Part shown: in pieces, positions 19,629 to 28,080 of the stretch
Position numbering within the stretch: position 1 is the first letter of the stretch
Layout: each line of letters begins with the position of its first letter
DNA from: a virus
Taxonomy: Duplodnaviria; Caudoviricetes
Length of the DNA: 43,946 nucleotides
Direction: 5' to 3' (one strand)
Virus record (IMG/VR): IMGVR_UViG_3300020042_011280
Span: 1-43,946 of that record
Program-made: the position numbers and the translations under genes
Notes under the pieces: model-generated
Told to the model about the DNA's origin: nothing
The model's database searches: none
The model's input: only the letters and a program-made list of their open reading frames with translations

Positions 19629-20203
19629 ATTCCGGAAAATTCCTTTTTATTGTCTAAATCGCCAGGTTTCTTGTAGAAAATATGCCGACCTATTACGGTT
19701 GTTTTTGGCAATTTCCAACCGGGGTTAACATAGTCAGCATGATAGTATGTTGCACCTTTTGTAACATCTACCAACTTATCATAATTAAGAAAAATCTCAA
19801 TCGATAAATCCAATACGTCATTATACAACGAAGTATGCTTCAATGTCAATAGTTTTGAGGTAAAGAATGGCTCACATACCCAAGAAAATTGACATACAAC
19901 TTTACCTGAGGGGTGAACAATCTTTTGTTTGACAACATCACATATATCATCGGCATATCTACCTGATACGACACGATTAACTGTGACCATACCAACGGCA
20001 ATTTGACCTTCTCTGCTTTCGTGTCCAGCTTCAAGTAAAATGTTTTCAGCTAAACATTGAACTTGTTTTTGTGCTGGTGGTGTCAACTCACTAAATTTAA
20101 TACCATGAATTAAATATTTTTGATTGCTTTGTGCTGTCATTGCCACTAAAAATAAAAGGCAAGACAAGAAAACACTTGCAATAACGATTCTATTATTTTG
20201 CAT
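19625..20203 (-). CDS. SleB/Hydrolase_2-family cell wall hydrolase
   Basis: CLA.NI..EA..E...GQIAV..V..NRV, CQFSW, GATYYHA.YV.P.W, IGRHIFY; N-terminal signal/TM; start after AGGAG. Confidence 0.9.
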   Translation of the reverse strand: MQNNRIVIASVFLSCLLFLVAMTAQSNQKYLIHGIKFSELTPPAQKQVQCLAENILLEAGHESREGQIAVGMVTVNRVVSGRYADDICDVVKQKIVHPSGKVVCQFSWVCEPFFTSKLLTLKHTSLYNDVLDLSIEIFLNYDKLVDVTKGATYYHADYVNPGWKLPKTTVIGRHIFYKKPGDLDNKKEFSGI

Positions 20204-20257
20204 ATTTCTCCTTTTTGTTAAAGGAGGCACTCCCGTGGACGGGCGTGCCTCCGCCCA

Positions 20258-20536
20258 TCAGGTGATAGACTTTTTGCTAGTAGTCTTTGTATCTAGAGGG
20301 ATGTTTGAAACGAAACCATTAAGCGATTGTGCTTTTGCAATGATTTCAGTTTCAGATGGAAAAGAAGGGAATCCTGGATGTTCAGGCAACTCTCCACCAT
20401 TGATTTTAGCAATTTCTAATTTGGCGTGCCAAGTATTGCTAATTATTTCACGCTTACCGTAGTAGTCATCGGTCAGCATATCTTTCGCCATTTTTAAAAG
20501 TTCAAGGCGAATCTCGAACGGTGTCATATTAGACAT
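20258..20536 (-). CDS. Hypothetical phage protein
   Basis: MTPFEIRLELLKMAKDML; AGGAG RBS; CTAAATA late-like promoter upstream. Confidence 0.7.
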   Translation of the reverse strand: MSNMTPFEIRLELLKMAKDMLTDDYYGKREIISNTWHAKLEIAKINGGELPEHPGFPSFPSETEIIAKAQSLNGFVSNIPLDTKTTSKKSIT

Positions 20537-20600
20537 AGTTTACTCCTAGTGTGTTTGTGTGTACCAGCATTTTGTGTGTATCTGGTTACTTATTTAGTGT

Positions 20601-21179
20601 TTAGTAAGCCCAAGAAACAAAAGAATGCCTTGTTCCTTTTTTTACAGGTTCAACTCTATGTGGATATAAAAAGATGGATGGGAAAATCATTACAGAACCG
20701 GCTTTTAATTCAATAACTTTATCTTTCCACATAACAAATTCACCACCTTCATAATCATCATTCAGTACGCCAACAAAACTCATTATTGGAATACCTTTTG
20801 TAGTGCCATCAAACATAGAGTGTATGTGGTCACAATGTTCAGCCATCAGCCTATCTTCCGAATATTTGTTGAATCTAATGCCTGAATATCCTGCCCAAGT
20901 GCTGTACCATGGAAAATTTAACTCAGTAAGATAATGAGCAAAACCATCCCAAACTCTTTGCATCAGATATTCCCGTGGTGTAACCTTTGCATATGATACA
21001 TCCAGTTCTCTATCACCACTTTGAGTTCCGTAAGTTCCAGTTGTTGACTGATAAAATGTATGTTGATTGAAAGTGTTTGCCATAACTGGCGTTTCAAGTT
21101 CAATTATGGTTTTCTTACAAATTTCTGCATCAAGCCAATTATCGTATACCTTGACATATGATTCTATATTTTTATCCAT
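20601..21179 (-). CDS. 2OG-Fe(II) oxygenase (prolyl-hydroxylase-like)
   Basis: HxD (EHCD), LNDDYEGGEF, FPS...PHRVEPV..G.R.S motifs. Confidence 0.9.
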   Translation of the reverse strand: MDKNIESYVKVYDNWLDAEICKKTIIELETPVMANTFNQHTFYQSTTGTYGTQSGDRELDVSYAKVTPREYLMQRVWDGFAHYLTELNFPWYSTWAGYSGIRFNKYSEDRLMAEHCDHIHSMFDGTTKGIPIMSFVGVLNDDYEGGEFVMWKDKVIELKAGSVMIFPSIFLYPHRVEPVKKGTRHSFVSWAY

Positions 21180-21181
21180 AA

Positions 21182-21853
21182 TTAATCCCAAAGGCCTTCA
21201 TAGTATTTACCAAACAAACGATATCCATTAGTGATTCGTTTCTGTACTTCTTGCATACCTTCAATGTCTATTTCATATGTGTGATTTGGTCCATCAAGCC
21301 ATTCATACATTGTTGCTTTACCTTTTTCATCCCATTGACAAGCAACTGTCTTCTTATCAAATTCACCAGAACGAAACTTTTCTTCCCATGTGCCATCAAC
21401 TTTACATTCAAAGGCAAAAATCATTTCATCAAGAACATAGTCCCAGCGTTTGAAATGATTTTCATCAGTATCCCATTCATTTTCTTTTGGTGGTGCTGAA
21501 GTAGATTTTAATTCTTCTGGAACATCTTCATCATCAACAAAAGGTGCACCATGTTTGGTTTCTTTTAATTGTTTCAGCATCGGCAGAATGATATCTGCTA
21601 AAGTGTGATCCATTGACCATGTATCGTATCTATCAATCTTCACATAGTTGATTTGTGGGTGAACAAAATCAAAAAACTTAGATAACGCACCACAAATTGG
21701 ATTTAGGAAATTGACCCACTTGTCATACTTGTGACCAGGTACATCTTCATGGTTATAGAACACATCATCATCTTTTTCCCAAAAGCAAACTGTTTTGAGA
21801 ATAGTGTAAGGTGATACCCAATGATTACGATAATTACTTCTGTAAACTTTCAC
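21182..21853 (-). CDS. Hypothetical phage protein
   Basis: 223-aa ORF (DTWSMDHTLA.II.PMLKQLK) with GGAGG RBS. Confidence 0.75.
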   Translation of the reverse strand: MKVYRSNYRNHWVSPYTILKTVCFWEKDDDVFYNHEDVPGHKYDKWVNFLNPICGALSKFFDFVHPQINYVKIDRYDTWSMDHTLADIILPMLKQLKETKHGAPFVDDEDVPEELKSTSAPPKENEWDTDENHFKRWDYVLDEMIFAFECKVDGTWEEKFRSGEFDKKTVACQWDEKGKATMYEWLDGPNHTYEIDIEGMQEVQKRITNGYRLFGKYYEGLWD

Positions 21854-21908
21854 AATTCCTCCAAAATAAAGGCGGTGGTTTTATTGAGAACCCACCAAAC
21901 TCCGGTTT

Positions 21909-22358
21909 TTAAAACGAGTATTTCAAACCAACTGCAACTTGATTACCATCAAATGCATTTACACGGCTCTGACCTTCTTGACGGCGATAGTCAACAGTTG
22001 CTGCCAAATTCTTGACAACAGGTACAGAAGCACCAACACCAGCAGTAACAGCATAACCATTAGCAACAGTTTGATTGTCCAAATATGCAACACCACCTTT
22101 AACAGCAATAGTAACAGGACCAATTTTAGTAACATCATATGATGCAACTAAACTATAACGATTTTGGTCGTTAGTGCTTTGTGTGAAACGGTCGTAACCT
22201 GCTTCAACTCCAACTGCACCAAACTTTTCACCTAATGTGAGACCATAACCTGTGCGGTCAGATGTGCCAGAATAATCACGGGTACCGTTTACACCAACTT
22301 CTACTGCTGATGCTGATAATGCCAAAGTTGACAATGCGACAAATAAAATTTTCTTCAA
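21909..22358 (-). CDS. Small outer-membrane beta-barrel protein (Ail/Lom/OmpA-barrel-like)
   Basis: Sec signal MKKILFVALSTLALSASA; alternating beta strands; C-terminal GLKYSF BAM signal; TTG start after AAGGAG. Confidence 0.85.
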   Translation of the reverse strand: MKKILFVALSTLALSASAVEVGVNGTRDYSGTSDRTGYGLTLGEKFGAVGVEAGYDRFTQSTNDQNRYSLVASYDVTKIGPVTIAVKGGVAYLDNQTVANGYAVTAGVGASVPVVKNLAATVDYRRQEGQSRVNAFDGNQVAVGLKYSF

Positions 22359-22433
22359 AATGAAACTCCTTAGTTAAAATATACGATTGGTTATTTGCTA
22401 AGCTGGAAACCAATCGAAACCATTTATTAGATA

Positions 22434-22508
22434 TTACCGATTTGCAATATACATTGTAATTTCAAAACCGAAGCGCATATCCGTTGCCGTTGGTGTAGAC
22501 CATTTCAT
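22434..22508 (-). CDS. pqqA: PQQ precursor peptide PqqA
   Basis: Not in ORF track. MKWSTPTATDMRFGFEITMYIANR with W..P...D.R.GFE and the ExxxY core; AAGGA RBS. Confidence 0.93.
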   Translation of the reverse strand: MKWSTPTATDMRFGFEITMYIANR

Positions 22509-22534
22509 ATTGATTCCTTTTTTTAGTTATGAAA

Positions 22535-22828
22535 TTGGTTGGTTATTCTGTTACGAGGAAACCAACCGAAACCCTAAGCAGTGTTTAAGCTGCTAATGCG
22601 TATTCGCTATCGTTTGCGTTTACTTGTTTTGCTTGATTAACGGTCATCGCCTACCGTGTCGCCGTCTCCACTATTTACCTCTGTCGAAACTATGCAGCCC
22701 CATCAATTACACACTTTTATTTAATCCGAATAATTATCTGTTTTCGGATAAAAGTAAATAATTGGTGGAGCTGGGGGGATTCGCACCCCCGTCCAGAAGT
22801 CCTTCATTTTGAAGGGATTACGACAATT
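22535..22828 (-). ncRNA. ssrA: Circularly permuted (two-piece) tmRNA, tag ANDSEYALAA
   Basis: Acceptor piece ends GGACGGGGGTGCGAATCCCCCCAGCTCCACCA at 22763. Coding piece starts GGGGCTGCATAGTTTCGAC at 22701. Acceptor stem has G3:U70. Tag ORF 22585-22617. Outer ends approximate. Confidence 0.92.
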
Positions 22829-22834
22829 ACAAAC

Positions 22835-22863
22835 ATTATAACACAACTCCGTTACAATGTCAA
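22835..22863 (-). promoter_or_regulatory. Consensus sigma70 promoter for tmRNA-pqqA-OMP
   Basis: TTGACA-17 nt-TATAAT. Confidence 0.9.
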
Positions 22864-23541
22864 TAGTTTACCATGATATTTGCCGACAAACTCTGTCAAC
22901 ATATTAACATATTTAGTTTTCTCTCGGACAAATATTTGTGGTTGGCCATCTTCAACGGCAATTGCCACAACGATTTGTTCAATTTCTTTACCTGTTATTT
23001 CTTCAAACATAATTGCATATGCAGTACATTGCATAAAGTAATTCTGTATCCAATTCTCATTCTTTTCTTTTGAAGCACTCTTGTAATCAATTACAGATAT
23101 TTTTCCATTCCATTCCGCAATACAATCATTACGGCCAGCAACTTGCAATTTATCTGAATACAATGATTGTTCAATTGCATATACATCACCAACATTATCA
23201 TCAATATGTGGTTTCAATTGAAGAAACAATTCTTTCGTGTCAGGCATCATTGATTGTTGATACTGAAAATTTATTTCATTCAATAGATATTTCTCACAAA
23301 CAGTATGTAGTGCAGTACCACGGCGAGCAGCTTTGGTACTTATTCTAGTGGCTTCTTCATTACCAACTTTAGCACGCCATTCCATGATTCCTTTTTTACT
23401 GTATTCGGAAAGAACAGTAGTGATTGATGGGTATATATTTCCTTGTGGTGTCGTATATCTCCTACCACTCTCAGTTGTTACCGCTTTCAATTCAAAATCT
23501 AATTCTGGTAATTTAACATGATTAAAATTTCTTAAATTCAT
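22852..23541 (-). CDS. PD-(D/E)XK exonuclease (RecB/Cas4-like, T4-like phage type)
   Basis: YPSITTVL, RGTALH..CE, AGR.DC, IDYKSA..K, YFMQC.AYA.M motifs. Confidence 0.88.
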   Translation of the reverse strand: MNLRNFNHVKLPELDFELKAVTTESGRRYTTPQGNIYPSITTVLSEYSKKGIMEWRAKVGNEEATRISTKAARRGTALHTVCEKYLLNEINFQYQQSMMPDTKELFLQLKPHIDDNVGDVYAIEQSLYSDKLQVAGRNDCIAEWNGKISVIDYKSASKEKNENWIQNYFMQCTAYAIMFEEITGKEIEQIVVAIAVEDGQPQIFVREKTKYVNMLTEFVGKYHGKLLTL

Positions 23542-23861
23542 TTACTCTGCAATCTTTTGGTAATTCGGTCAACGTGTTTTTTAACCACTTCTGCGGTTCT
23601 TGCTTCTTTGATGGACTTTCGACCATATCTTTCTGCAAGTGGAGAGCCTTTGTTTTTCTCCGCCACCTTCGATAACACTTCTTTAAATCCTTCGGGTACT
23701 CTTTGAGAACCCATGCCTACAACAGCAGAAACAATTGCTGGTGCAGTTAGTACAGGTTTTATATGTGGATGTTCTTTGAGAAATTCTTCACGTTCAGCTA
23801 TCTTCATAAACGATTCAAATTCTTCACCTGTTACGGTATCGATAAAATTATATGTTGGCAT
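23538..23861 (-). CDS. FmdB-like small protein
   Basis: MPTYNF.D..TGEEFE N-terminus (Cys-less variant); start at MPTY. Confidence 0.65.
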   Translation of the reverse strand: MPTYNFIDTVTGEEFESFMKIAEREEFLKEHPHIKPVLTAPAIVSAVVGMGSQRVPEGFKEVLSKVAEKNKGSPLAERYGRKSIKEARTAEVVKKHVDRITKRLQSK

Positions 23862-24393
23862 ACCAATCTGGTACCTTTCGATTTTTCCAATTCGCAAGAT
23901 GCGCTTTATTCTTTATATAGTAGTTATGATAGGACTTAATCGAATCACCTGCCACTTTTACATCATCAGGCATTGCTGGTGTTGGTTCTGTAAATTCACC
24001 CATTGGTATATTCATAGGCCAATTATATAATTCTTCCAGTAAACCATCACGTTCTACTTTATGAATTTTACCATAACGATAGGTATATTCTTTACAAAGA
24101 GCATGAAGCAATTGTGATAACCAAATATAATTCTGCTGATTTTTTCTTACCCAAACCGCAGAAGGATGATTGATATGAGTAGCCTTATACAATGTATAAT
24201 CACGACTATCACCTAGTGTCCAGAATTTCTTTTTTCTACCAGACTCAGAAAGACCATTAAGTTCTACACCATCAAGAACACGATGTGCAGTAGAAAGTAA
24301 TTGGGCATATTCAAGAATCATCTTGACCACGTGCTTATCATTATGCATTTCTGCACAAGTAATCACATCATTGTCTAGATAGAAAATATTCAC
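23848..24393 (-). CDS. Pyrimidine-dimer DNA glycosylase (DenV)-like protein
   Basis: MNIFYLD...CA..H.DKHVVKMILEYAQLLSTAH, THINHPS.VW motifs. Confidence 0.75.
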   Translation of the reverse strand: MNIFYLDNDVITCAEMHNDKHVVKMILEYAQLLSTAHRVLDGVELNGLSESGRKKKFWTLGDSRDYTLYKATHINHPSAVWVRKNQQNYIWLSQLLHALCKEYTYRYGKIHKVERDGLLEELYNWPMNIPMGEFTEPTPAMPDDVKVAGDSIKSYHNYYIKNKAHLANWKNRKVPDWYANI

Positions 24394-24734
24394 TTTTCAG
24401 TAGCCCATTGGTGAGTTACTTTTTCAAGCATTTTCCAATTGTCATTTTCGGGTTCAACATAATCATTAGTCTTGAGTGTGCCGACAAAAGAACCATTTGT
24501 ACCACTACTGCGGTCTGCTTCCCACATAGCATCAAATCCATCTCGCAATTTATTGTGAATATCTTCAATGCCGCCTTGCAAATGCCATAACACATTTTCA
24601 GCATCTTCAACTGACCTTGAAGCCTCTGTAATACCGCAAGCGGTTACTCTCAACATACTTTCCATACAACCCAATCTAATAATTTCAGTTTCAATTACAC
24701 TCAACTCTTTATAGTATTTCATTGTCATTACCAA
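24390..24734 (-). CDS. Hypothetical protein
   Basis: Overlapping ORF in operon. Confidence 0.65.
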   Translation of the reverse strand: MVMTMKYYKELSVIETEIIRLGCMESMLRVTACGITEASRSVEDAENVLWHLQGGIEDIHNKLRDGFDAMWEADRSSGTNGSFVGTLKTNDYVEPENDNWKMLEKVTHQWATEK

Positions 24735-24910
24735 TCTCCATTATCTAACCAAAATCTAATTGTCAGAAACAAAAACCCAAAAGCGTAGGTGTTTGTTGAC
24801 CAAACTTCTTCCGTTTTCTCATTACGATACCAAGGCAAAACTTTCCAATGCAATGGATTTAACATTATAATAACCGAGAGTCCACTATATTTAAAATAAT
24901 TATACATCAA
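24728..24910 (-). CDS. Hypothetical small protein
   Basis: Overlapping ORF in operon. Confidence 0.6.
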   Translation of the reverse strand: MMYNYFKYSGLSVIIMLNPLHWKVLPWYRNEKTEEVWSTNTYAFGFLFLTIRFWLDNGDW

Positions 24911-25629
24911 TTACTCACAATCACAGGTTTGTTACTCACAGCACCACTAATCGTTTCTTTAAATGAAACTGGTTTATCAATCTCAACACTACGAGAAACT
25001 GGTACCGCTGGCGCAGGTGCGGGCGTAACAGGTGCAACTTGTTGAACAGGTGGATTGATTTTATCAACATGGTCTTCCAATTCTTGGAAAGATTTAGATG
25101 ATTGCAATTTGTGATTCAATTGACGATTCTTACGAATTTCATTTACCAGAATTTTGTTCGATTCATCGGTAGAATAACGCATCATAACATATGCACGATA
25201 ACCTTCTTTCTCATGGCGAATCTCTAGATTGGTTCGTTGAACACCAATCAAATTCACTTGAGCCAAAATCAACCTTGTAGTTCTATCAATTTCACGAACA
25301 ACATCAGAACCAACTCCACCAACTTCAGATGAATAATCTTTCATCATAGATGAAATGTGTGAAGAATAATTTGATGCCAATTCACGCTTCGCAGACATTG
25401 ATGCCTTATCAACAGCGAATTGCATATCAACTGAATACTCAGAAGCAACCGATGTTAGAACATCTTTATCTCCCTGAGCGGCTGTGTACCAACTTGGCAC
25501 ATTAACTTTTTCACCTGATTTCTCATACATACGAACAGCTTCTTTTTCTGCTGCTTTCTCTCTAGGTGACATACTACTACAAGCAGTCAAAGCTGCAATA
25601 ATAGGTAATACAATAAAAACTTTTTTCAT
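24907..25629 (-). CDS. Lipoprotein (LPP20-like)
   Basis: Lipobox LTAC, VPSWY motif, Pro-rich tail. Confidence 0.75.
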   Translation of the reverse strand: MKKVFIVLPIIAALTACSSMSPREKAAEKEAVRMYEKSGEKVNVPSWYTAAQGDKDVLTSVASEYSVDMQFAVDKASMSAKRELASNYSSHISSMMKDYSSEVGGVGSDVVREIDRTTRLILAQVNLIGVQRTNLEIRHEKEGYRAYVMMRYSTDESNKILVNEIRKNRQLNHKLQSSKSFQELEDHVDKINPPVQQVAPVTPAPAPAVPVSRSVEIDKPVSFKETISGAVSNKPVIVSN

Positions 25630-25632
25630 AAT

Positions 25633-26346
25633 TTATCTCACAATGTTAACATAACGATTAATAACCTTTCGGTTGTTTGGCGGAATACTTGCAATTAGAT
25701 TTTTCATTTCTAATGTTGTATATTCGTTCTTAAACGGAACATCCTTTTCAGAAAACAAAAAGGTCACCAATTCTTTTGACTGTGTTTTGCCTTCTGGCAC
25801 CATCGCAACTAATTTCTTAGTCTTGTCGGATGGTAACATAATTTCAGTCTGCCGAGAGGCAAACTTCACCTCTTGGATTTTGTAATATCTGTTACCATGA
25901 TAGTTAAACACACCAAGTTTGCCAACACGATTTGAAACAACTTTGAATGTCATTTCTTCTTCATGCCGAACATCAAATTTACCATCGACATTAAAAACAA
26001 TCGAATTATTCACTTTGCTAACTTCTGCTTCTACTGTAACAATACAAGCTGAGTAACCAGAGAATGATTGCTTCTGAATGTCCTTCTTTGATATACTTTT
26101 GATATAGCCATTAAATTCAGAAAACGTATCACGGTGAAAAACACATTCTTCACGCCGACATTCTTCTTTCATTTGTGCTTCTATCAATTCACCAACATAT
26201 TTAATTATTGCATCTTCTTTTGCTCTTTCTTCGGCCAACTCACAAGCTAAATTCTCTGTGGTATCAGGACCATAACGATATTCACCGATGCCTGTTACGG
26301 CAAAGACATTCGTTGTAATTAATGATGCTAACAGAAATTTTTTCAC
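25633..26346 (-). CDS. Secreted protein with signal peptide
   Basis: MKKFLLASLITTNVFA signal peptide; several Cys. Confidence 0.7.
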   Translation of the reverse strand: MKKFLLASLITTNVFAVTGIGEYRYGPDTTENLACELAEERAKEDAIIKYVGELIEAQMKEECRREECVFHRDTFSEFNGYIKSISKKDIQKQSFSGYSACIVTVEAEVSKVNNSIVFNVDGKFDVRHEEEMTFKVVSNRVGKLGVFNYHGNRYYKIQEVKFASRQTEIMLPSDKTKKLVAMVPEGKTQSKELVTFLFSEKDVPFKNEYTTLEMKNLIASIPPNNRKVINRYVNIVR

Positions 26347-26513
26347 TTTGCAATTGGCCTACAAATCGCCTTAACTGGCGAACTAACAGAATTTAATGCT
26401 CTGGTCAATCGTGCTTGATTATCAACACAATCACCAACAGTTTGAAACTTGTCGTGAATGGTATAATTATCAAATGAACCAATCCAAAGAACTAAAGCCC
26501 AAGAGTATATCAT
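26343..26513 (-). CDS. Small hypothetical protein (56 aa, 2 Cys)
   Basis: Not in ORF track. MIYSWALVLWIGSFDNYTIHDKFQTVGDC...AICRPIAK; stop/start overlaps on both sides. Confidence 0.65.
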   Translation of the reverse strand: MIYSWALVLWIGSFDNYTIHDKFQTVGDCVDNQARLTRALNSVSSPVKAICRPIAK

Positions 26514-26797
26514 GCTGCTTCTTTAAAGATGTTTGACCAAATACGCAACTTTTTCAATTTCATTTCAGCTGCAGTTTTAAGTTTTGTTTCATCGACAATT
26601 TTGTTTTCGACCAACAAACCAATCATACAAATCAAGTCGCCCAATTCTTCCTCAAGGCGTTCTCGGTTGTTTCTCTTTTCTTTTGGATGTTTTGCATCAA
26701 ATCCGAATCGAAAAACTTTAGATATTGCTTGAGTTACCTCTGCACATTCTTCTTGTGCAATAAGGAGAATCTCATTTTCTTTTTTGTTTTTCAGCAT
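26510..26797 (-). CDS. MazG-like NTP pyrophosphohydrolase
   Basis: QEECAEV..AISK..RFG and LEEELGDL acidic motifs. Confidence 0.8.
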   Translation of the reverse strand: MLKNKKENEILLIAQEECAEVTQAISKVFRFGFDAKHPKEKRNNRERLEEELGDLICMIGLLVENKIVDETKLKTAAEMKLKKLRIWSNIFKEAA

Positions 26798-26826
26798 ACT
26801 TTATTTTATCATTTCATGTTTAGAGG

Positions 26827-26985
26827 TGAAGCTAAGGGACACAAAGAGTACCTCACGATAAGTCTTTATCTGTCGTTTAAGAATGAGCGTATTCTGCCTA
26901 TATGAGATTTATTGCCATGCTGGACATAGCCAGACTGATTGGACTTATTACTCGCCTAGAATATCGCAATTCTCCCTTAACTTCA
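26827..26985 (-). ncRNA. Putative structured RNA of unknown family
   Basis: 13-bp closing stem TGAAGTTAAGGGA/TCCCTTAGCTTCA with nested helices; no minus-strand gene here. Confidence 0.55.
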
Positions 26986-26990
26986 TTCAT

Positions 26991-27386
26991 TTAAGCAGCG
27001 TCTTGAACTTCAATTTCAGTTACTTGCATTTCTGCAACAACTGGTGCGGTAACTTCTTCAGTCTTGATTTCATCAAGTTTCTTCACAGAAGTTTTTGGTG
27101 TGAAACCGCTGCTGGTAACACCAACACGATCCATATACTTCTTAACTTCAGCGACATTCATCAACTGATAAGCAGTAACTTTACGACCATCTTTAATGAC
27201 CTTCACAACACCACCCGCAAAGGTTTTGATGTGCCAAATGTATGTGCTAAGACGATACATATAGATTTCATCACTCAATAGGGTTTCAATTTCAACCTTT
27301 GTAACTTGCTTGCCGCTAATCATAACGGTTAACAACTTCTCAAACGGTTTCAACCGAATCTGCTTCACTTTTTTTGCCTTACTCAT
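26991..27386 (-). CDS. Hypothetical early protein
   Basis: GGAG RBS, directly downstream of a sigma70 promoter. Confidence 0.7.
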   Translation of the reverse strand: MSKAKKVKQIRLKPFEKLLTVMISGKQVTKVEIETLLSDEIYMYRLSTYIWHIKTFAGGVVKVIKDGRKVTAYQLMNVAEVKKYMDRVGVTSSGFTPKTSVKKLDEIKTEEVTAPVVAEMQVTEIEVQDAA

Positions 27387-27418
27387 ATTAAATCTCCATA
27401 ACGATTAAAAGAAACTAC

Positions 27419-27480
27419 ATTATAACACAGATATGCTTGCTTGGCAAGCTCTTTTTCGGCAATATTGGTTCTCGGCAACA
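27419..27480 (-). promoter_or_regulatory. sigma70 promoter with upstream palindrome
   Basis: TTGCCA-17-TATAAT; TATTG-N8-CAACA at 27463-27480. Confidence 0.75.
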
Positions 27481-27500
27481 TTGCTGAAACTTTGCACATA

Positions 27501-27743
27501 TTAATACCCATAAGCACTAAAATGTGTGGCATCTTCCCTCAAGCACGTTGATTGCATACTGGCAAAACTACGGCGACAAGAGGAAGGACGATTTTTGCGG
27601 GGACCACGATATCGAATTTTATATGCAACACCATAGCCACGCATCACTTCACGAAACTGCTCAAGATGAGAAATTGGCACTCTGTGATAAAAAGCAGAAA
27701 CACCAGATTTCCTATAAGCAGAGAAACTATAAACATCCAACAT
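27501..27743 (-). CDS. Hypothetical protein
   Basis: ORF in operon. Confidence 0.6.
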   Translation of the reverse strand: MLDVYSFSAYRKSGVSAFYHRVPISHLEQFREVMRGYGVAYKIRYRGPRKNRPSSCRRSFASMQSTCLREDATHFSAYGY

Positions 27744-27745
27744 AA

Positions 27746-27958
27746 TTAAACAACCTTTGAAATTTGAACATCATAAGAAACACGATTCATCTTGTGGTCA
27801 TATACTGTCATTGTTGAGCCAATACCAACCGCATTGAACATATTTTCGAACAACTCACGGACAACTGTATTCACACTAACAAAATCACCAACGCCACGCT
27901 TGATAGCTGCAGCTGTTGTATAAAAAGATACGCCATTCACAATCACACGATATTTCAT
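27746..27958 (-). CDS. Hypothetical protein
   Basis: AAGGA RBS. Confidence 0.65.
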   Translation of the reverse strand: MKYRVIVNGVSFYTTAAAIKRGVGDFVSVNTVVRELFENMFNAVGIGSTMTVYDHKMNRVSYDVQISKVV

Positions 27959-28080
27959 AAAATTCCTTTTTCAAATTGGTGCTGGTTTTATTTTTATAGT
28001 CAAAAACCAGCAAAAGTGGACTGCTGTTTGTGCTAGTTTAAAGTCTTGCACCGGATATTCCTCCATTAAGACTGTTCATT

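Noticed and set aside
22763-22800. tRNA fragment or attP site
   Set aside because: Explained as the acceptor piece of the permuted tmRNA; it pairs with GGGGCTG at 22695-22701.
22852-23541. Cas4-like nuclease as part of a CRISPR system
   Set aside because: No repeat-spacer array or other cas genes in the window; common T4-like exonuclease.
26687-27281. Plus-strand ORFs 26687-26905 and 26883-27281
   Set aside because: Antisense to real genes and to the structured RNA; no RBS or protein-like motifs.
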